A stretch of 64,000 bases of DNA from positions 151,659 to 215,658 of the forward strand of contig JAWVEN010000008.1 in the NCBI GenBank assembly GCA_033856675.1, written 5' to 3'. The position numbers were made by a program, and so were the translations under genes. The first letter of the stretch is position 1. The number at the start of each line of letters is the position of its first letter. The notes below the pieces were generated by a model, which was not told where the DNA came from, did no database searches, and saw only the letters and a list, made by a program, of their open reading frames with translations. Positions 45,824-55,261 of this stretch are shown here, in pieces. The stretch comes from Gaiellales bacterium (lineage in GTDB: Bacteria > Actinomycetota > Thermoleophilia > Gaiellales > JAICJC01).

Positions 45824-46866
45824 CGAGCTGCTGTGGCGCGGGCGGCGGTGATCCGCTCCCGCGCCATCTGCTCCGCTGCGTGGTGCGGCGCGACGCCGTC
45901 ACGCCGGCCGCGGGCGAACACCTCGTGCAGCGTGCCTTCGATCCGCTCGACGCTCCGTTTCGCGCGCTCGGGGTCGTAGCCCTCGCCCGACAGTTCCTCG
46001 GCGATGTTGATCACGCCGCCGGCGTTGATGGCGAAGTCCGGTGTGTACAGGATCCCGCGCTGCTTCAACTCGTCGCCCATCGACGAGTCTGCCAGTTGGT
46101 TGTTGGCGGCGCCCGCCACGACACGGCAACGCAGGCGGCCGATCGTCTCGGGGCGGATCACGGCCCCGAGCGCATTCGGCGAGAAGACTTCGCACTCCAC
46201 CTGGTGGATCTCGTCGGCCGGCACCTGGGTCGCCCCTGCCTCGACCAGCGGGGCGGCTCTGTCATCGTGGATGTCCGCAACGGTCACCTCTGCGCCCGCA
46301 TCGAGAAGGTGCCGCGCGACGCCGGCACCGACGTGGCCGAGACCCTGAACGGCGACGCGAAGGTCCTCGAACCGCTCGCCCAGGCCGGCCTCGGTGAGCG
46401 CCGCTCGCATACCGCAGACCACGCCCCAGGCGGTCATCGGCGATGGGTCTCCCGACCCGCCGCGTTCGATCGGCAACCCGGTGATGAACCGTGTCTGGGT
46501 CGCAACCTCTTCGGCGTCCTCGACGTTCGTGCCCACGTCCTCAGCCGCCAGGTAGGTGCCGCCCAACCGCTCGATGAACCGACCCAGCGCCCGGTACTTC
46601 TCGGGCGTCTTCTCGGTGCGCGGGTCGCCGAGGATGACGGTCTTGCCGCCTCCCAGGTCGAGGCCGGCGAGGCTGTTCTTGTACGTCATCCCCTCCGACA
46701 ACCGAAGCACGTCGGTGAGCGCCGCCTCATCGCTTGGGTACGACCACATGCGGATTCCACCCAGGCCCGGCCCCAGGGTGGTGTCGTGAATGGCGATGAT
46801 CGCGCGGAGGCCGGAGGCGCGGTCCTGACAGACGACGACTTGTTCGTGGTCCGTGAAGAGCCGCAC
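45820..46866 (-). CDS. Leucine/valine (Glu/Leu/Phe/Val family) dehydrogenase
   Basis: Start trimmed to GTG (plus CAC 46864-46866), giving VRLFTDHEQVVVCQDRASGLRAIIAIHDTTLGPGLGGIRMW...GGGKTVI. The longer track ORF would collide with the divergent lipoprotein gene. Confidence 0.85.
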   Translation of the reverse strand: MRLFTDHEQVVVCQDRASGLRAIIAIHDTTLGPGLGGIRMWSYPSDEAALTDVLRLSEGMTYKNSLAGLDLGGGKTVILGDPRTEKTPEKYRALGRFIERLGGTYLAAEDVGTNVEDAEEVATQTRFITGLPIERGGSGDPSPMTAWGVVCGMRAALTEAGLGERFEDLRVAVQGLGHVGAGVARHLLDAGAEVTVADIHDDRAAPLVEAGATQVPADEIHQVECEVFSPNALGAVIRPETIGRLRCRVVAGAANNQLADSSMGDELKQRGILYTPDFAINAGGVINIAEELSGEGYDPERAKRSVERIEGTLHEVFARGRRDGVAPHHAAEQMARERITAARATAAR

Positions 46867-46936
46867 GAACGGCGAGTATACCCCTGGTGTCGCCAGTCCC
46901 GGGAACCGCGGAGTGGCTCCCGCCGTCAAAGCGGGC

Positions 46937-47428
46937 ATGAAACCTCTGATCGCACTCATCGCCGCCGCGCTGCTGACCAGTGGTTGTGGCGCGGCGGCCG
47001 CCGATGGCGGTGGTCCGGGAACGTCGACGTCAACGTCACCGGACGGTGTCGTATCACACGACGTCGATCCCAACGAGCCGCCGGCCTCGGGGGGCGGCGC
47101 CGCTCTGGTGACACCGGTGCCAGGGGATTCGCCCGGCACCCGCGTGCTTCCCGTCGGTCTGCGGGTGTGGGCCGGCGACGACGGCCATGCGTGGGCTCGC
47201 GTCACCTGGTGGGGCGGCGTTCCGACCTGCTACGTCCTTCGCCCGGTCAAGATCGTCCAGCACGGCACGACCGTCCGGCTGCGCCTCTTCGAGGGCTCGA
47301 CTGTCTCGGCAGACACGGCCTGCATCGACATCGCGATGAAGAAGGCCGCCAAGGTCGATCTCGGCCTGCTCGAGCTCGGGAGCTACACGGTCCGCGCCGG
47401 CGTGCTCAAGCGCACGCTCGTCGTCTAG
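46937..47428 (+). CDS. Hypothetical lipoprotein
   Basis: Start trimmed to MKPLIALIAAALLTSGC (lipobox). 163 aa. Confidence 0.65.
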   Translation: MKPLIALIAAALLTSGCGAAAADGGGPGTSTSTSPDGVVSHDVDPNEPPASGGGAALVTPVPGDSPGTRVLPVGLRVWAGDDGHAWARVTWWGGVPTCYVLRPVKIVQHGTTVRLRLFEGSTVSADTACIDIAMKKAAKVDLGLLELGSYTVRAGVLKRTLVV

Positions 47429-48348
47429 GACGAGGCTTCGGCGGCCTGCGCGCGCCGCACGGCGCCTGCGCTCGCGGCCATGTCGCGCTTCGCCTTGCGG
47501 CTCTGGATCATCAGGTTCAGGAACATGCCGCCGACGGCGACCAGGAAGATCATCGAGCCGATCACGTTCACCTGCACCGGCACCCCGTTTCGCGCAGCGC
47601 CGTAGATGTAGAGCGGAAACGTGACCTCCGAGCCGCTGTTGAACTGCGTGACCACGAAGTCGTCGATCGAGAGCGCGAACGCGAGCGCAGCCGCGGCGGC
47701 GACCCCGGGCATGATCAACGGGAGGGTGATTTTCCGGAACGTCGTGAACGCGTTCGCGTACAGGTCCATCGCAGCTTCCTCGAGCGCCCGCTCGAGGCCA
47801 TGGACTCTCGCCTTCACCGTCACGACCACGTAGCTGATGCAGAACACGATGTGGGCGATCAGGATCGTCCACAGGCCCAGGTTCGGGTACGACGTCGCGA
47901 TGAACAGCGTCAGAAGCGAGGAGCCCATCACGATTTCCGGCGTCGCCATCGGCGTGAAGATGAGGAAGTTCGTGGTGCTGCGCCCGAAGAAGTTGTGGCG
48001 GGCCAGGCCGAGTGCAATCAGGGTGCCGAGCGCGGTGGCGACGATGGTGGCGCCGAACGCGATCTGCATCGACAGGATCACGGCGTCCTGCAGGCCCGGA
48101 GCGCTCAGCGGGTGCGCCCAGGCGTCCAGCGAGAACTTCTGCCAGGTGACGTTGAACTTCCCTGCGGGATCGTTGAACGAGAAGAGGATGATGATCGAGA
48201 TCGGCAGGAACAGGTACAGCAGCACCAGCCCCGCGAAGACGTTCAGCGCCTGGTAACGAACCTTGCGCCAGAAGTTGCTCGGTGGCTTCGCAGGCGCCGC
48301 CGACTCGGCCTGCCTACGTGCGGTGGACGTTTCGGTCGTCGCCGCCAT
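47425..48348 (-). CDS. potC: Polyamine (spermidine/putrescine) ABC transporter permease, PotC-like
   Basis: Polytopic permease. Last gene of the potA-D-B-C style operon. Start overlaps the upstream stop. Confidence 0.8.
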   Translation of the reverse strand: MAATTETSTARRQAESAAPAKPPSNFWRKVRYQALNVFAGLVLLYLFLPISIIILFSFNDPAGKFNVTWQKFSLDAWAHPLSAPGLQDAVILSMQIAFGATIVATALGTLIALGLARHNFFGRSTTNFLIFTPMATPEIVMGSSLLTLFIATSYPNLGLWTILIAHIVFCISYVVVTVKARVHGLERALEEAAMDLYANAFTTFRKITLPLIMPGVAAAAALAFALSIDDFVVTQFNSGSEVTFPLYIYGAARNGVPVQVNVIGSMIFLVAVGGMFLNLMIQSRKAKRDMAASAGAVRRAQAAEASS

Positions 48349-49232
48349 CAGACCGTCGTCACTTCCTCGGTGCCGAGCAGCTTGGCGTAGATCCCGATCA
48401 GCACCAGCATGATCGCCATCAGCGTGAACGACAGCGCGGAGGCGACGGGGTAGTTCTCCAGTTCGAGGAAGCGGCTCTGGACGATGTTCCCGATCATCCT
48501 CGTGTTCGCCGATCCCAGCAGCTCGGCATTGATGTAGTCGCCGGTCGCCGGGATGAAGGTCAGGAGCGTGCCGGCGAAGATGCCGGGGAGCGACAGCGGC
48601 AGCGTGATCTTCCGGAACGCGCGCATCCGGTTCGCGTAGAGGTCGAGTGACGCCTCGAGCAGCCGGCCGTCGATCTTCTCGAGGCTGACGTACAGCGGCA
48701 GGATCATGAACGGCAGGTAGTTGTAGGTGATCGCCGACACGACGGCGAACGGAGTCGCAAGCAGCCGGCCGTTATCCGTCCAACCCAATGCGTCGGTGAG
48801 GCTGATGAACCCGATCGCGCCGAGCAGGTTCGTGACGAAGCTGTCGTCGGCCAGGATCGTCGACCAGGCGACGGTTCGGATCAGGTAGTTGGTGAAGAAG
48901 GGTGCGATCACCAGCAGGAGGAGCAGGTTCTTCCACCGCCCGGCGCGAAACGCGATCACATACGCCAATGGGTACGCGATCACGAAGGCGGCGACCGTCG
49001 CAACGGCTGCGTACGTGAACGACCGGATGAACTGCTCGTGGTACTTGTCGATCGATTCTGTGTAGTTCGCCCAGTTCCAGGTAAACGAATAGGTCTTGCT
49101 GTAGTCCAGATTGAACGTGATGGACTCCAGCGACCGCTTCGCCATCACCGCCATCGGCACGAAGAAGAACACGCCCAGCCACGCCATCCCCGGCAGGAGC
49201 AGGAGGTACGGCGTTGCGGTGCGCTTCTTCAT
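48348..49232 (-). CDS. potB: Polyamine ABC transporter permease, PotB-like
   Basis: Polytopic. EAA-loop-like SLDLYANRMRAFRKITLPLSLPG. Confidence 0.8.
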   Translation of the reverse strand: MKKRTATPYLLLLPGMAWLGVFFFVPMAVMAKRSLESITFNLDYSKTYSFTWNWANYTESIDKYHEQFIRSFTYAAVATVAAFVIAYPLAYVIAFRAGRWKNLLLLLVIAPFFTNYLIRTVAWSTILADDSFVTNLLGAIGFISLTDALGWTDNGRLLATPFAVVSAITYNYLPFMILPLYVSLEKIDGRLLEASLDLYANRMRAFRKITLPLSLPGIFAGTLLTFIPATGDYINAELLGSANTRMIGNIVQSRFLELENYPVASALSFTLMAIMLVLIGIYAKLLGTEEVTTV

Positions 49233-49248
49233 CGTCCGTGTGTCCGGG

Positions 49249-50472
49249 CTACTCGCCGGTCAGGCCGAGGAACAGCTCGTTGAAGCCGGCCTCTTCCTCC
49301 GGGGTGAGCGCCTTGAACGTCTTCACGTTATCCAGGGTCTCCTGGGGCGGGAAGATCAGCGGGTTGTTCGCGGTGTCCGGGTCATTGGCGACGAGGGCTT
49401 CCTTGGCGCCGTCCACCGGGCAGATGTAGTTCACGTACGCCTCGATCATGGCTGCGATCTCGGGTCGGTAGCAGAAGTCCATCCACAGATGGGCGTTGTA
49501 CGCATTCTCCGAGCCCTTCGGGATCAGCAGGTTGTCCGTCCAGATGATCCCGCCCTTGTCGGGGATGACGAACTTCAGGTCGGGGTTGTCGAACTGCAGC
49601 TGCACGACGTCGCCCGACCAGCCCATGCATGCGACGACGTTGCCCTTCGCAAGGTCCTGGGCGTAGTCGTTGCCGGTGAACCGTCGCACCTGCTGGCTGT
49701 CGACGTGGGGCTGAATCGCGTCGACGGCCGCCTGGGCGTCGTCGATGGTGCACGCAGACGGATCGATGCCGATGTCCTGCATCACCAGGCCGAGGGTGTC
49801 GCGCATCTCGGTCAGCAGCGTCACCTTGCCGTGGAATGCCGGATCCCACAGATCCGAGATGGCCGTCAGTTCGCGGCCGGTCAGCTTCGGGTTGTAAGCG
49901 ATGCCGGTGAACCCGGACTGCCACGGAACCAGGTACTCGTCGTTCGGGTCGATCGACCGGCCGCGCAGCGCCGAGGTCTGGCTTTTCACGACGTTCGGCA
50001 GGACGCTCTTGTCGAGCTTCTCGGCGTAGCCGAGCGCGACCCACTTGCCGGCCATCCAGTCGGTGAGGACGACGATGTCGCGGTCGATGCTCTGCCCCGC
50101 CTCGAGCTGCGCCTTCACCTTGCCGAAGAACGTCTCGTTGTCGTCGATGTCCTCGAGGTACTTCGTCTTGGTGCTGAACTCCTTGTCGAACAGGTCGAGC
50201 GACGGATGGTTCTTCCCCTTCACGTCGATGTAGAACGGCCAGTTCGAGAACGTCCAGTTCGGCGACACCGTCTTGTCGATGGTTGCCGGCCCGGAGGCCG
50301 CCGGAGTCGTCGTGTCGCCGCTGCTGCCGCTGCTGCCGCAGGCTGCGAGCAGGCTCGCTCCCGCGACCACGCCGCCCGCAACACCCGCCCGGCGCAGCAG
50401 TTCGCGGCGTGTCAGCGCACCACGTGCAAATGCCATTCGTTCGAGGTCGGACAGCGGGCGATTGGCGGTCAT
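49249..50472 (-). CDS. potD: Polyamine ABC transporter substrate-binding lipoprotein, PotD/PotF-like, with a TAT-type signal
   Basis: Start trimmed to MTANRPL... (ATGA overlap with potA). TRRELLRRAGVAGGVVAGASLLAACGS. PotD-family body. Confidence 0.85.
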   Translation of the reverse strand: MTANRPLSDLERMAFARGALTRRELLRRAGVAGGVVAGASLLAACGSSGSSGDTTTPAASGPATIDKTVSPNWTFSNWPFYIDVKGKNHPSLDLFDKEFSTKTKYLEDIDDNETFFGKVKAQLEAGQSIDRDIVVLTDWMAGKWVALGYAEKLDKSVLPNVVKSQTSALRGRSIDPNDEYLVPWQSGFTGIAYNPKLTGRELTAISDLWDPAFHGKVTLLTEMRDTLGLVMQDIGIDPSACTIDDAQAAVDAIQPHVDSQQVRRFTGNDYAQDLAKGNVVACMGWSGDVVQLQFDNPDLKFVIPDKGGIIWTDNLLIPKGSENAYNAHLWMDFCYRPEIAAMIEAYVNYICPVDGAKEALVANDPDTANNPLIFPPQETLDNVKTFKALTPEEEAGFNELFLGLTGE

Positions 50473-51584
50473 ACGAGTTCCTCCAAGGTTGGTACTGCGG
50501 CGGTATCGGTGATCACGAAGGTGTGCTCCGGATCCCACAAGACTTGCACGGGCTGGCCACGGTCGAGGTGACGGGCGCCACGACCGGCGTTCTGCACGAT
50601 CGCGGTCAGCTCATCGCCGGCCGGCGTGTCGATGATGTACTGGGTGCTGACTCCGATGTAGCTCACGTCCCGAACGGTGCCGTTGATGCTGTTCGAGCCG
50701 TTCACATTCGTCAGGTCGTCGGTGGTCGAGAGGCGCACCTTCTCGGGGCGCACCCCGATCCGCACCTCGTCCGGCGCGCCGCGAAGGGCCTCCTCCGGCA
50801 CGGCTGCTTCCGAGCCGTCGGCGAATCGAACGCGGCCGGCGCCTGCGATGGTGGCGAGCAGGAGGTTGGACACGCCGAGGAAGCCGGCGACGAACGCCGT
50901 GCGCGGCTGCTCGTACAGCTCGACGGGCGGGCCGAGCTGCTCGATCCGCCCCTGGTTCATGACGGCGATGCGGTCGGCCATCGTCATCGCCTCCTCCTGG
51001 TCGTGCGTGACGTGGATGAAGGTGATGTTGACCTCGGTCTGGATCCGCTTCAGCTCGATCTGCATCTGCTTTCGCAACTTCAGGTCGAGCGCGCCCAGCG
51101 GCTCGTCGAGCAGCAGCACCCGGGGCTTGTTGATGAGCGCCCGCGCCAGCGCGACCCGCTGTGCCTGGCCGCCCGAGAGCTGGGTCGGCTTGCGGCGCTC
51201 GAAGCCGGTCAGCTGCACGAGGTCGAGCATCTCCGGTACCTGCCGTGCGACCTCGTGCTTCGAGGCGCCGCGCTGGCGGATGCCGAAGGCGATGTTGTCA
51301 TGGATGTTCATGTGCGGGAACAGTGCGTAGTTTTGGAAGACGGTGTTCACCTCGCGCTTGTACGGCGGCAGTCCGGTGACGTCCTGTTCGCCCAGGAACA
51401 CGGTCCCGGCGGTGGGCTCCTCGAAGCCGCCGATCATCCGCAACGTGGTGGTCTTGCCGCAGCCGGACGGGCCGAGCAGCGCCACGAAGCCGCCCCGCTC
51501 AAACGAGAGCGACAGGTCATCGACGGCTGTCACGTCACCAAACCGCTTTGTCACCCGCTCGAGGCGGACGTCAGGCTGCTCCAC
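50469..51584 (-). CDS. potA: Polyamine ABC transporter ATP-binding protein
   Basis: GAGGGAG SD, then a GTG start. GPSGCGKTT, LSGGQAQRVALARAL, LLLDEP, HVTHDQEEA. C-terminal TOBE-like domain. Confidence 0.9.
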   Translation of the reverse strand: MEQPDVRLERVTKRFGDVTAVDDLSLSFERGGFVALLGPSGCGKTTTLRMIGGFEEPTAGTVFLGEQDVTGLPPYKREVNTVFQNYALFPHMNIHDNIAFGIRQRGASKHEVARQVPEMLDLVQLTGFERRKPTQLSGGQAQRVALARALINKPRVLLLDEPLGALDLKLRKQMQIELKRIQTEVNITFIHVTHDQEEAMTMADRIAVMNQGRIEQLGPPVELYEQPRTAFVAGFLGVSNLLLATIAGAGRVRFADGSEAAVPEEALRGAPDEVRIGVRPEKVRLSTTDDLTNVNGSNSINGTVRDVSYIGVSTQYIIDTPAGDELTAIVQNAGRGARHLDRGQPVQVLWDPEHTFVITDTAAVPTLEELV

Positions 51585-51631
51585 TCGCGCTCCCTCTGAA
51601 ATCTGGCAGAAAAGCGTATATCGTTGAAAAC

Positions 51632-52132
51632 ATGGCTGTCAACCGCGAACTTCGCAGGACCAAAGGGGATGGACGTGTGCGATCCGGCGTGAAGCTCGAC
51701 GCCATTGACAAGCGAATCATCGAAAGTCTACAACGTGAGGGCCGCCGTCCGTTTACGGTCCTTTCGCGTGAGCTGGGCATCTCGGAGGCTGCGGTGCGCG
51801 CACGCGTCCGCAAGCTCACGGATGCCGGCGTGATCGATGTCGTCGCCGTGACGAACCCGTTGATGGTCGGCTTCGACGTGATGGCCATGGTGGGCATCCA
51901 GGCAGACAGCAACCTCGAGGAGCTTGCCGATACCGTCTCGGCCTGGAACGAGACCAGCTACGTTGTGATTCTCTCCGGAAGCTTCGACCTGTTGGTCGAG
52001 ATCGTCTGCGTCGACAACCAGCACCTCCTCCAGATCGTGCAGCGACTCCGTCAAGTTCCGGGAGTGAAATCAACCGAGACCTTCATGTACCTCGACCTGC
52101 ACAAGCAGACGTTTGCCTGGGGCACCCGCTGA
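51632..52132 (+). CDS. Lrp/AsnC family transcriptional regulator
   Basis: Start trimmed to ATG 51632. LDAIDKRIIESLQREGRRPFTVLSRELGISEAAVRARVRKL. Divergent from the pot operon. Confidence 0.9.
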   Translation: MAVNRELRRTKGDGRVRSGVKLDAIDKRIIESLQREGRRPFTVLSRELGISEAAVRARVRKLTDAGVIDVVAVTNPLMVGFDVMAMVGIQADSNLEELADTVSAWNETSYVVILSGSFDLLVEIVCVDNQHLLQIVQRLRQVPGVKSTETFMYLDLHKQTFAWGTR

Positions 52133-52913
52133 GGTAGCGCCGGCGCTGGTGCTGGACGGCGTGTCTGTCCGAACCGCGCATGGCGTCCGGCTGCTCGGCC
52201 CGCTCAGCCTCGAGGTGGCAGCGGGCGAGCGCCTGGCGCTGCTTGGCCCAAACGGCAGCGGCAAGACCACGCTGCTGACCCTGGCGGGTGGGCGTCGCCA
52301 TCCGAGCTCGGGCAGCGTGATGATCCTCGACCGGCGGGTGGGCTCGGTCGACCTTCGGGTGCTGCGGCGACGGATCGGTCACGTCGGCCACCGCCTGACC
52401 GACGAGCTGCGCCCCGCGCTGACGGCCGAGGAGGTCGTCCTCACCGGCCGAGACTCCGTGCTCGTGCCGTGGTTCGCCGAGTTCGGCGCGGGCGACAGGG
52501 ACGAGGCTCGTGCTCGTCTCGAGCAGGTGGGCTGCGGCGGATTCGCCGGGCGCGAGCTGGGGACGCTCAGCCAGGGCGAGCGCGGCCGCGTGCTGCTGGC
52601 CCGGGCGCTGTTCGGCCGCCCAGACCTCCTGCTGCTGGACGAGCCGATGGCAGGGCTCGACCTGCCCTCGCGCGAGCGGATGGTCGCGGCCCTGGAGACG
52701 ATCGACGGGCCCACGCTCGTGATGGCGACCCACCACCTCGAAGAGCTGCCCGCGACCACGACCCGGGCGGCGCTGCTCCGCGAAGGGATGCTCGTGGCAG
52801 AGGGGCCCGCGGACGAGGTGCTGAGCAGCGAGCCGCTGTCGGCGTGCTTCGGCCTGGCGGTGAGCGTCGCTCGGAATGGCAGCCGCTGGAACGCGGCCGC
52901 TCAAGGGACCTAG
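52113..52913 (+). CDS. Orphan ABC transporter ATP-binding protein
   Basis: GPNGSGKTTLL, LSQGERGRVLLARAL, LLLDEP, ATHHLEE. No permease adjacent. Confidence 0.8.
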   Translation: MPGAPAEVAPALVLDGVSVRTAHGVRLLGPLSLEVAAGERLALLGPNGSGKTTLLTLAGGRRHPSSGSVMILDRRVGSVDLRVLRRRIGHVGHRLTDELRPALTAEEVVLTGRDSVLVPWFAEFGAGDRDEARARLEQVGCGGFAGRELGTLSQGERGRVLLARALFGRPDLLLLDEPMAGLDLPSRERMVAALETIDGPTLVMATHHLEELPATTTRAALLREGMLVAEGPADEVLSSEPLSACFGLAVSVARNGSRWNAAAQGT

Positions 52914-53758
52914 CCGGTCAGCCGCTCGGCGAGCCGCATTGCGCCGATCTCGCGCGCGAACGCGGCGGCGCGGGCCTGGTCGAGCCGCGCATCCGCCGGT
53001 GGCTTCGCCGGGGCGGAGCTGTCCATGGTTGCGATGCGCTTGTAGAGCCCCAGCCGCTCGTCGGCGAGCGCGGTGGTCTGTCGCGGCGTCAGCGATTCAC
53101 GGGCGGCGATCGTGTCTTCGAGCGTGCCGAAGCGTTCCAGCAGCGCGGCCGCCGTCTTGGCGCCGATGCCCCTCGCTCCGGGAATCCCGTCCGATGGGTC
53201 GCCACGGAGGGCGATGAAGTCCGGCACCTGAGGGGGATGCACCCCGTAGCGCTCGAGCACCTCGGCGGGGCCGATCCGAGCAGGCGGGTTGCCGCCGGTC
53301 TGGGGGGCGAGGATGGTGATCCGGTCGGTGGCGAGCTGGTAGGCATCGCGATCGGACGTGACCACCAGCGCCGCTCCGCCTCCCGCGGCCTCCGCGGTTG
53401 CCGCAGCGGCCAGCATGTCGTCGGCCTCGTAGCCCGGCGCCGCGGCGACAGCGAAGCCGAAGCTCTCGACAAGCCCCGGGAGCCGCGCCAGCTGCTCGAC
53501 GATCTCGGGGTCGAACGGTGGGCGGTGTGCCTGGTACTCGGGCAGCTCGACGTGCCGGTAGGTCGGGGCGCCAAGCGTGTCCCAGCCGACCAGCACCGCA
53601 CGAGGCTGCTCGTTCTCGACCAGCAGGAGCAGGAGGTTGGCGAATCCGACCAGGGCGTTGATCGGGCGGCCGCCCGTGCCGCGGATGGTCGAGGGTAGCG
53701 CGTGGTATGCGCGGTGGGCGAGTGAATCGCCGTCGATGACGAGCAGCGGCCGGGTCAG
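52910..53758 (-). CDS. 5'-3' exonuclease (FEN/Pol I N-terminal domain family); probable non-AUG start
   Basis: [16 protein letters not shown]..., [37 protein letters not shown]. No ATG/GTG/TTG lies between the conserved N-terminus and the argF stop. A CTG at 53756-53758 overlaps that stop. Confidence 0.8.
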   Translation of the reverse strand: MTRPLLVIDGDSLAHRAYHALPSTIRGTGGRPINALVGFANLLLLLVENEQPRAVLVGWDTLGAPTYRHVELPEYQAHRPPFDPEIVEQLARLPGLVESFGFAVAAAPGYEADDMLAAAATAEAAGGGAALVVTSDRDAYQLATDRITILAPQTGGNPPARIGPAEVLERYGVHPPQVPDFIALRGDPSDGIPGARGIGAKTAAALLERFGTLEDTIAARESLTPRQTTALADERLGLYKRIATMDSSAPAKPPADARLDQARAAAFAREIGAMRLAERLTG

Positions 53759-54684
53759 GCAAGGACCATAGCGAGCAGCGCCTTCTGCGCGTGCAGCCGG
53801 TTCTCGGCGCCGTCCCAGGCCGCAGAGCGCGGCCCATGCAGGACGTCGTGCGTGACCTCCTCGCCATAGTGCGCCGGCAGGCAGTGCATGACGATGTGGT
53901 CGGGCGACGCGTGGCGCAGGAGCTCGGCATTCACCTGGTAGGGGGCGAGGTCGCGCAGCCGTTGCTCCCGCTCGTCCTCCTGGCCCATGCTCGTCCAGAC
54001 GTCGGTGACGACAGCCTGGGCATCGGCGACAGCCTCCAGGGGATCGGTCACGACGGTCACATCGCCGGCAGCCGCGACCACCGCGGCATCGGGCTCGTAG
54101 CCGGGCGGTGTGGCCACCACGATCTCCATCCCGAGCATCCCGGCGGCCGCGATCAGCGAGTGGCAGACGTTGTTGTAGCCATCCCCGACCCATGCCAGGC
54201 GGCGGCCCTCGAGCGGTCCAATGCGCTCGCGCAGTGTCTGGACGTCTGCCAGCGCCTGACAGGGGTGGTGGCGGTCGGTGAGGCCGTTGATGATCGGTAC
54301 GTCGGCCGCCTCGGCGAGCGCCACGACGTCGTCGTGGCTGTTCGCGCGGATCATGATTCCGTCGACGTAGCGGCTGAGCACGATGCCCGTGTCCTCGATG
54401 GTCTCGCCGCGGCCGAGCTGCATCTCGGCCGCCGACAGCGTCACGCAGGTGCCGCCCAGCTGTGTCATCCCGACCTCGAAGGAGACCCGCGTACGGGTGC
54501 TCGCCTTCTGAAAGATGAGCGCAAGAGTGCGCCCGGGCAGCAGCCGGTGCGGCACGCGCTCGGCAGCGAGCCGCTTCAGCTGGTCAGCGAGGTCGATCAG
54601 CTCCACCAGCTCAGCGGCCGTCAACTGGTCGATGGCGAGCAGGTCACGGCCGGTCAGGGACGCTGGGGCGTGTGCGGTAATCAT
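53755..54684 (-). CDS. argF: Ornithine carbamoyltransferase
   Basis: Start trimmed to [16 protein letters not shown]... [22 protein letters not shown] motifs. Confidence 0.9.
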   Translation of the reverse strand: MITAHAPASLTGRDLLAIDQLTAAELVELIDLADQLKRLAAERVPHRLLPGRTLALIFQKASTRTRVSFEVGMTQLGGTCVTLSAAEMQLGRGETIEDTGIVLSRYVDGIMIRANSHDDVVALAEAADVPIINGLTDRHHPCQALADVQTLRERIGPLEGRRLAWVGDGYNNVCHSLIAAAGMLGMEIVVATPPGYEPDAAVVAAAGDVTVVTDPLEAVADAQAVVTDVWTSMGQEDEREQRLRDLAPYQVNAELLRHASPDHIVMHCLPAHYGEEVTHDVLHGPRSAAWDGAENRLHAQKALLAMVLA

Positions 54685-54723
54685 CTGCAAGAGTATGCCA
54701 ACGATCTGCATGTGTATGCAAAT
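54685..54723. promoter_or_regulatory. Two tandem 18-bp ARG boxes (ArgR operator) separated by 3 bp, overlapping the argF promoter
   Basis: CTGCAAGAGTATGCCAAC-gat-CTGCATGTGTATGCAAAT. Box 2 contains the perfect palindrome TGCAT-N4-ATGCA. On the minus strand: TTGCAT-N18-CATACT-N7-ATG(argF). Confidence 0.65.
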
Positions 54724-54735
54724 CGGTGCGGTACG

Positions 54736-55137
54736 ATGGCGCCCGTGGAGCGCCTGGCCATCGCCACCGACCGTCGGGAGCAGTTCGTCGACGTGACCGC
54801 TTCGGTCGCAGACGTCGTCACCGGGCTGGGCATCACCGAAGGGGCGGTCCTGCTCCACGTGCCCCACACCACGGCGGCGGTGACGGTCAACGAGGGCTTC
54901 GACCCGGACGTGGCCGCCGACGTCCTGGCAACGCTCGGCAGGCTCGTGCCGCACGAGGGCAGCTACCGGCATGTGGAGGGTAACTCCGATTCGCACGTGA
55001 AGGCGATCGCCGTCGGCTGCAGCCAGGTGCTGCCCGTCGAGGGTGGAGCCCCGGCGCTCGGCAGGTGGCAGCGGGTGTTCTTCTGCGAGTTCGACGGCCC
55101 ACGCAGCCGCGAGCTGTGGATCGGCCGGCTGGGCTGA
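54736..55137 (+). CDS. YjbQ/UPF0047 family protein (secondary thiamine-phosphate synthase-like)
   Basis: Start trimmed to [21 protein letters not shown]...[21 protein letters not shown]...GNSDSHVKA...[15 protein letters not shown]. Confidence 0.85.
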   Translation: MAPVERLAIATDRREQFVDVTASVADVVTGLGITEGAVLLHVPHTTAAVTVNEGFDPDVAADVLATLGRLVPHEGSYRHVEGNSDSHVKAIAVGCSQVLPVEGGAPALGRWQRVFFCEFDGPRSRELWIGRLG

Positions 55138-55261
55138 AACCGATTGCAGGCGTAACCAAACCCCCGATCGGGTGAAGCGTGATCCTCGTTTTCGACGATT
55201 AATGAGCTGAACCGCCCATGCCGGGGCGGGACTCGTCAACCCCCCCGACGAGGAGCTTTGA

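Noticed and set aside
45880-48390. 836-aa ORF on the plus strand, the longest single ORF outside the repeat protein
   Set aside because: It runs antisense through the Leu/Val dehydrogenase and two polyamine permease genes. It also crosses the real plus-strand lipoprotein gene in another frame. It has no motifs and R/G/D/H-rich composition.
52910-52913. Shared palindromic CTAG giving TAG stops on both strands for the convergent ABC ATPase and exonuclease genes
   Set aside because: The observation is real. It is a trivial consequence of tight packing, and I attach no biological significance to it.
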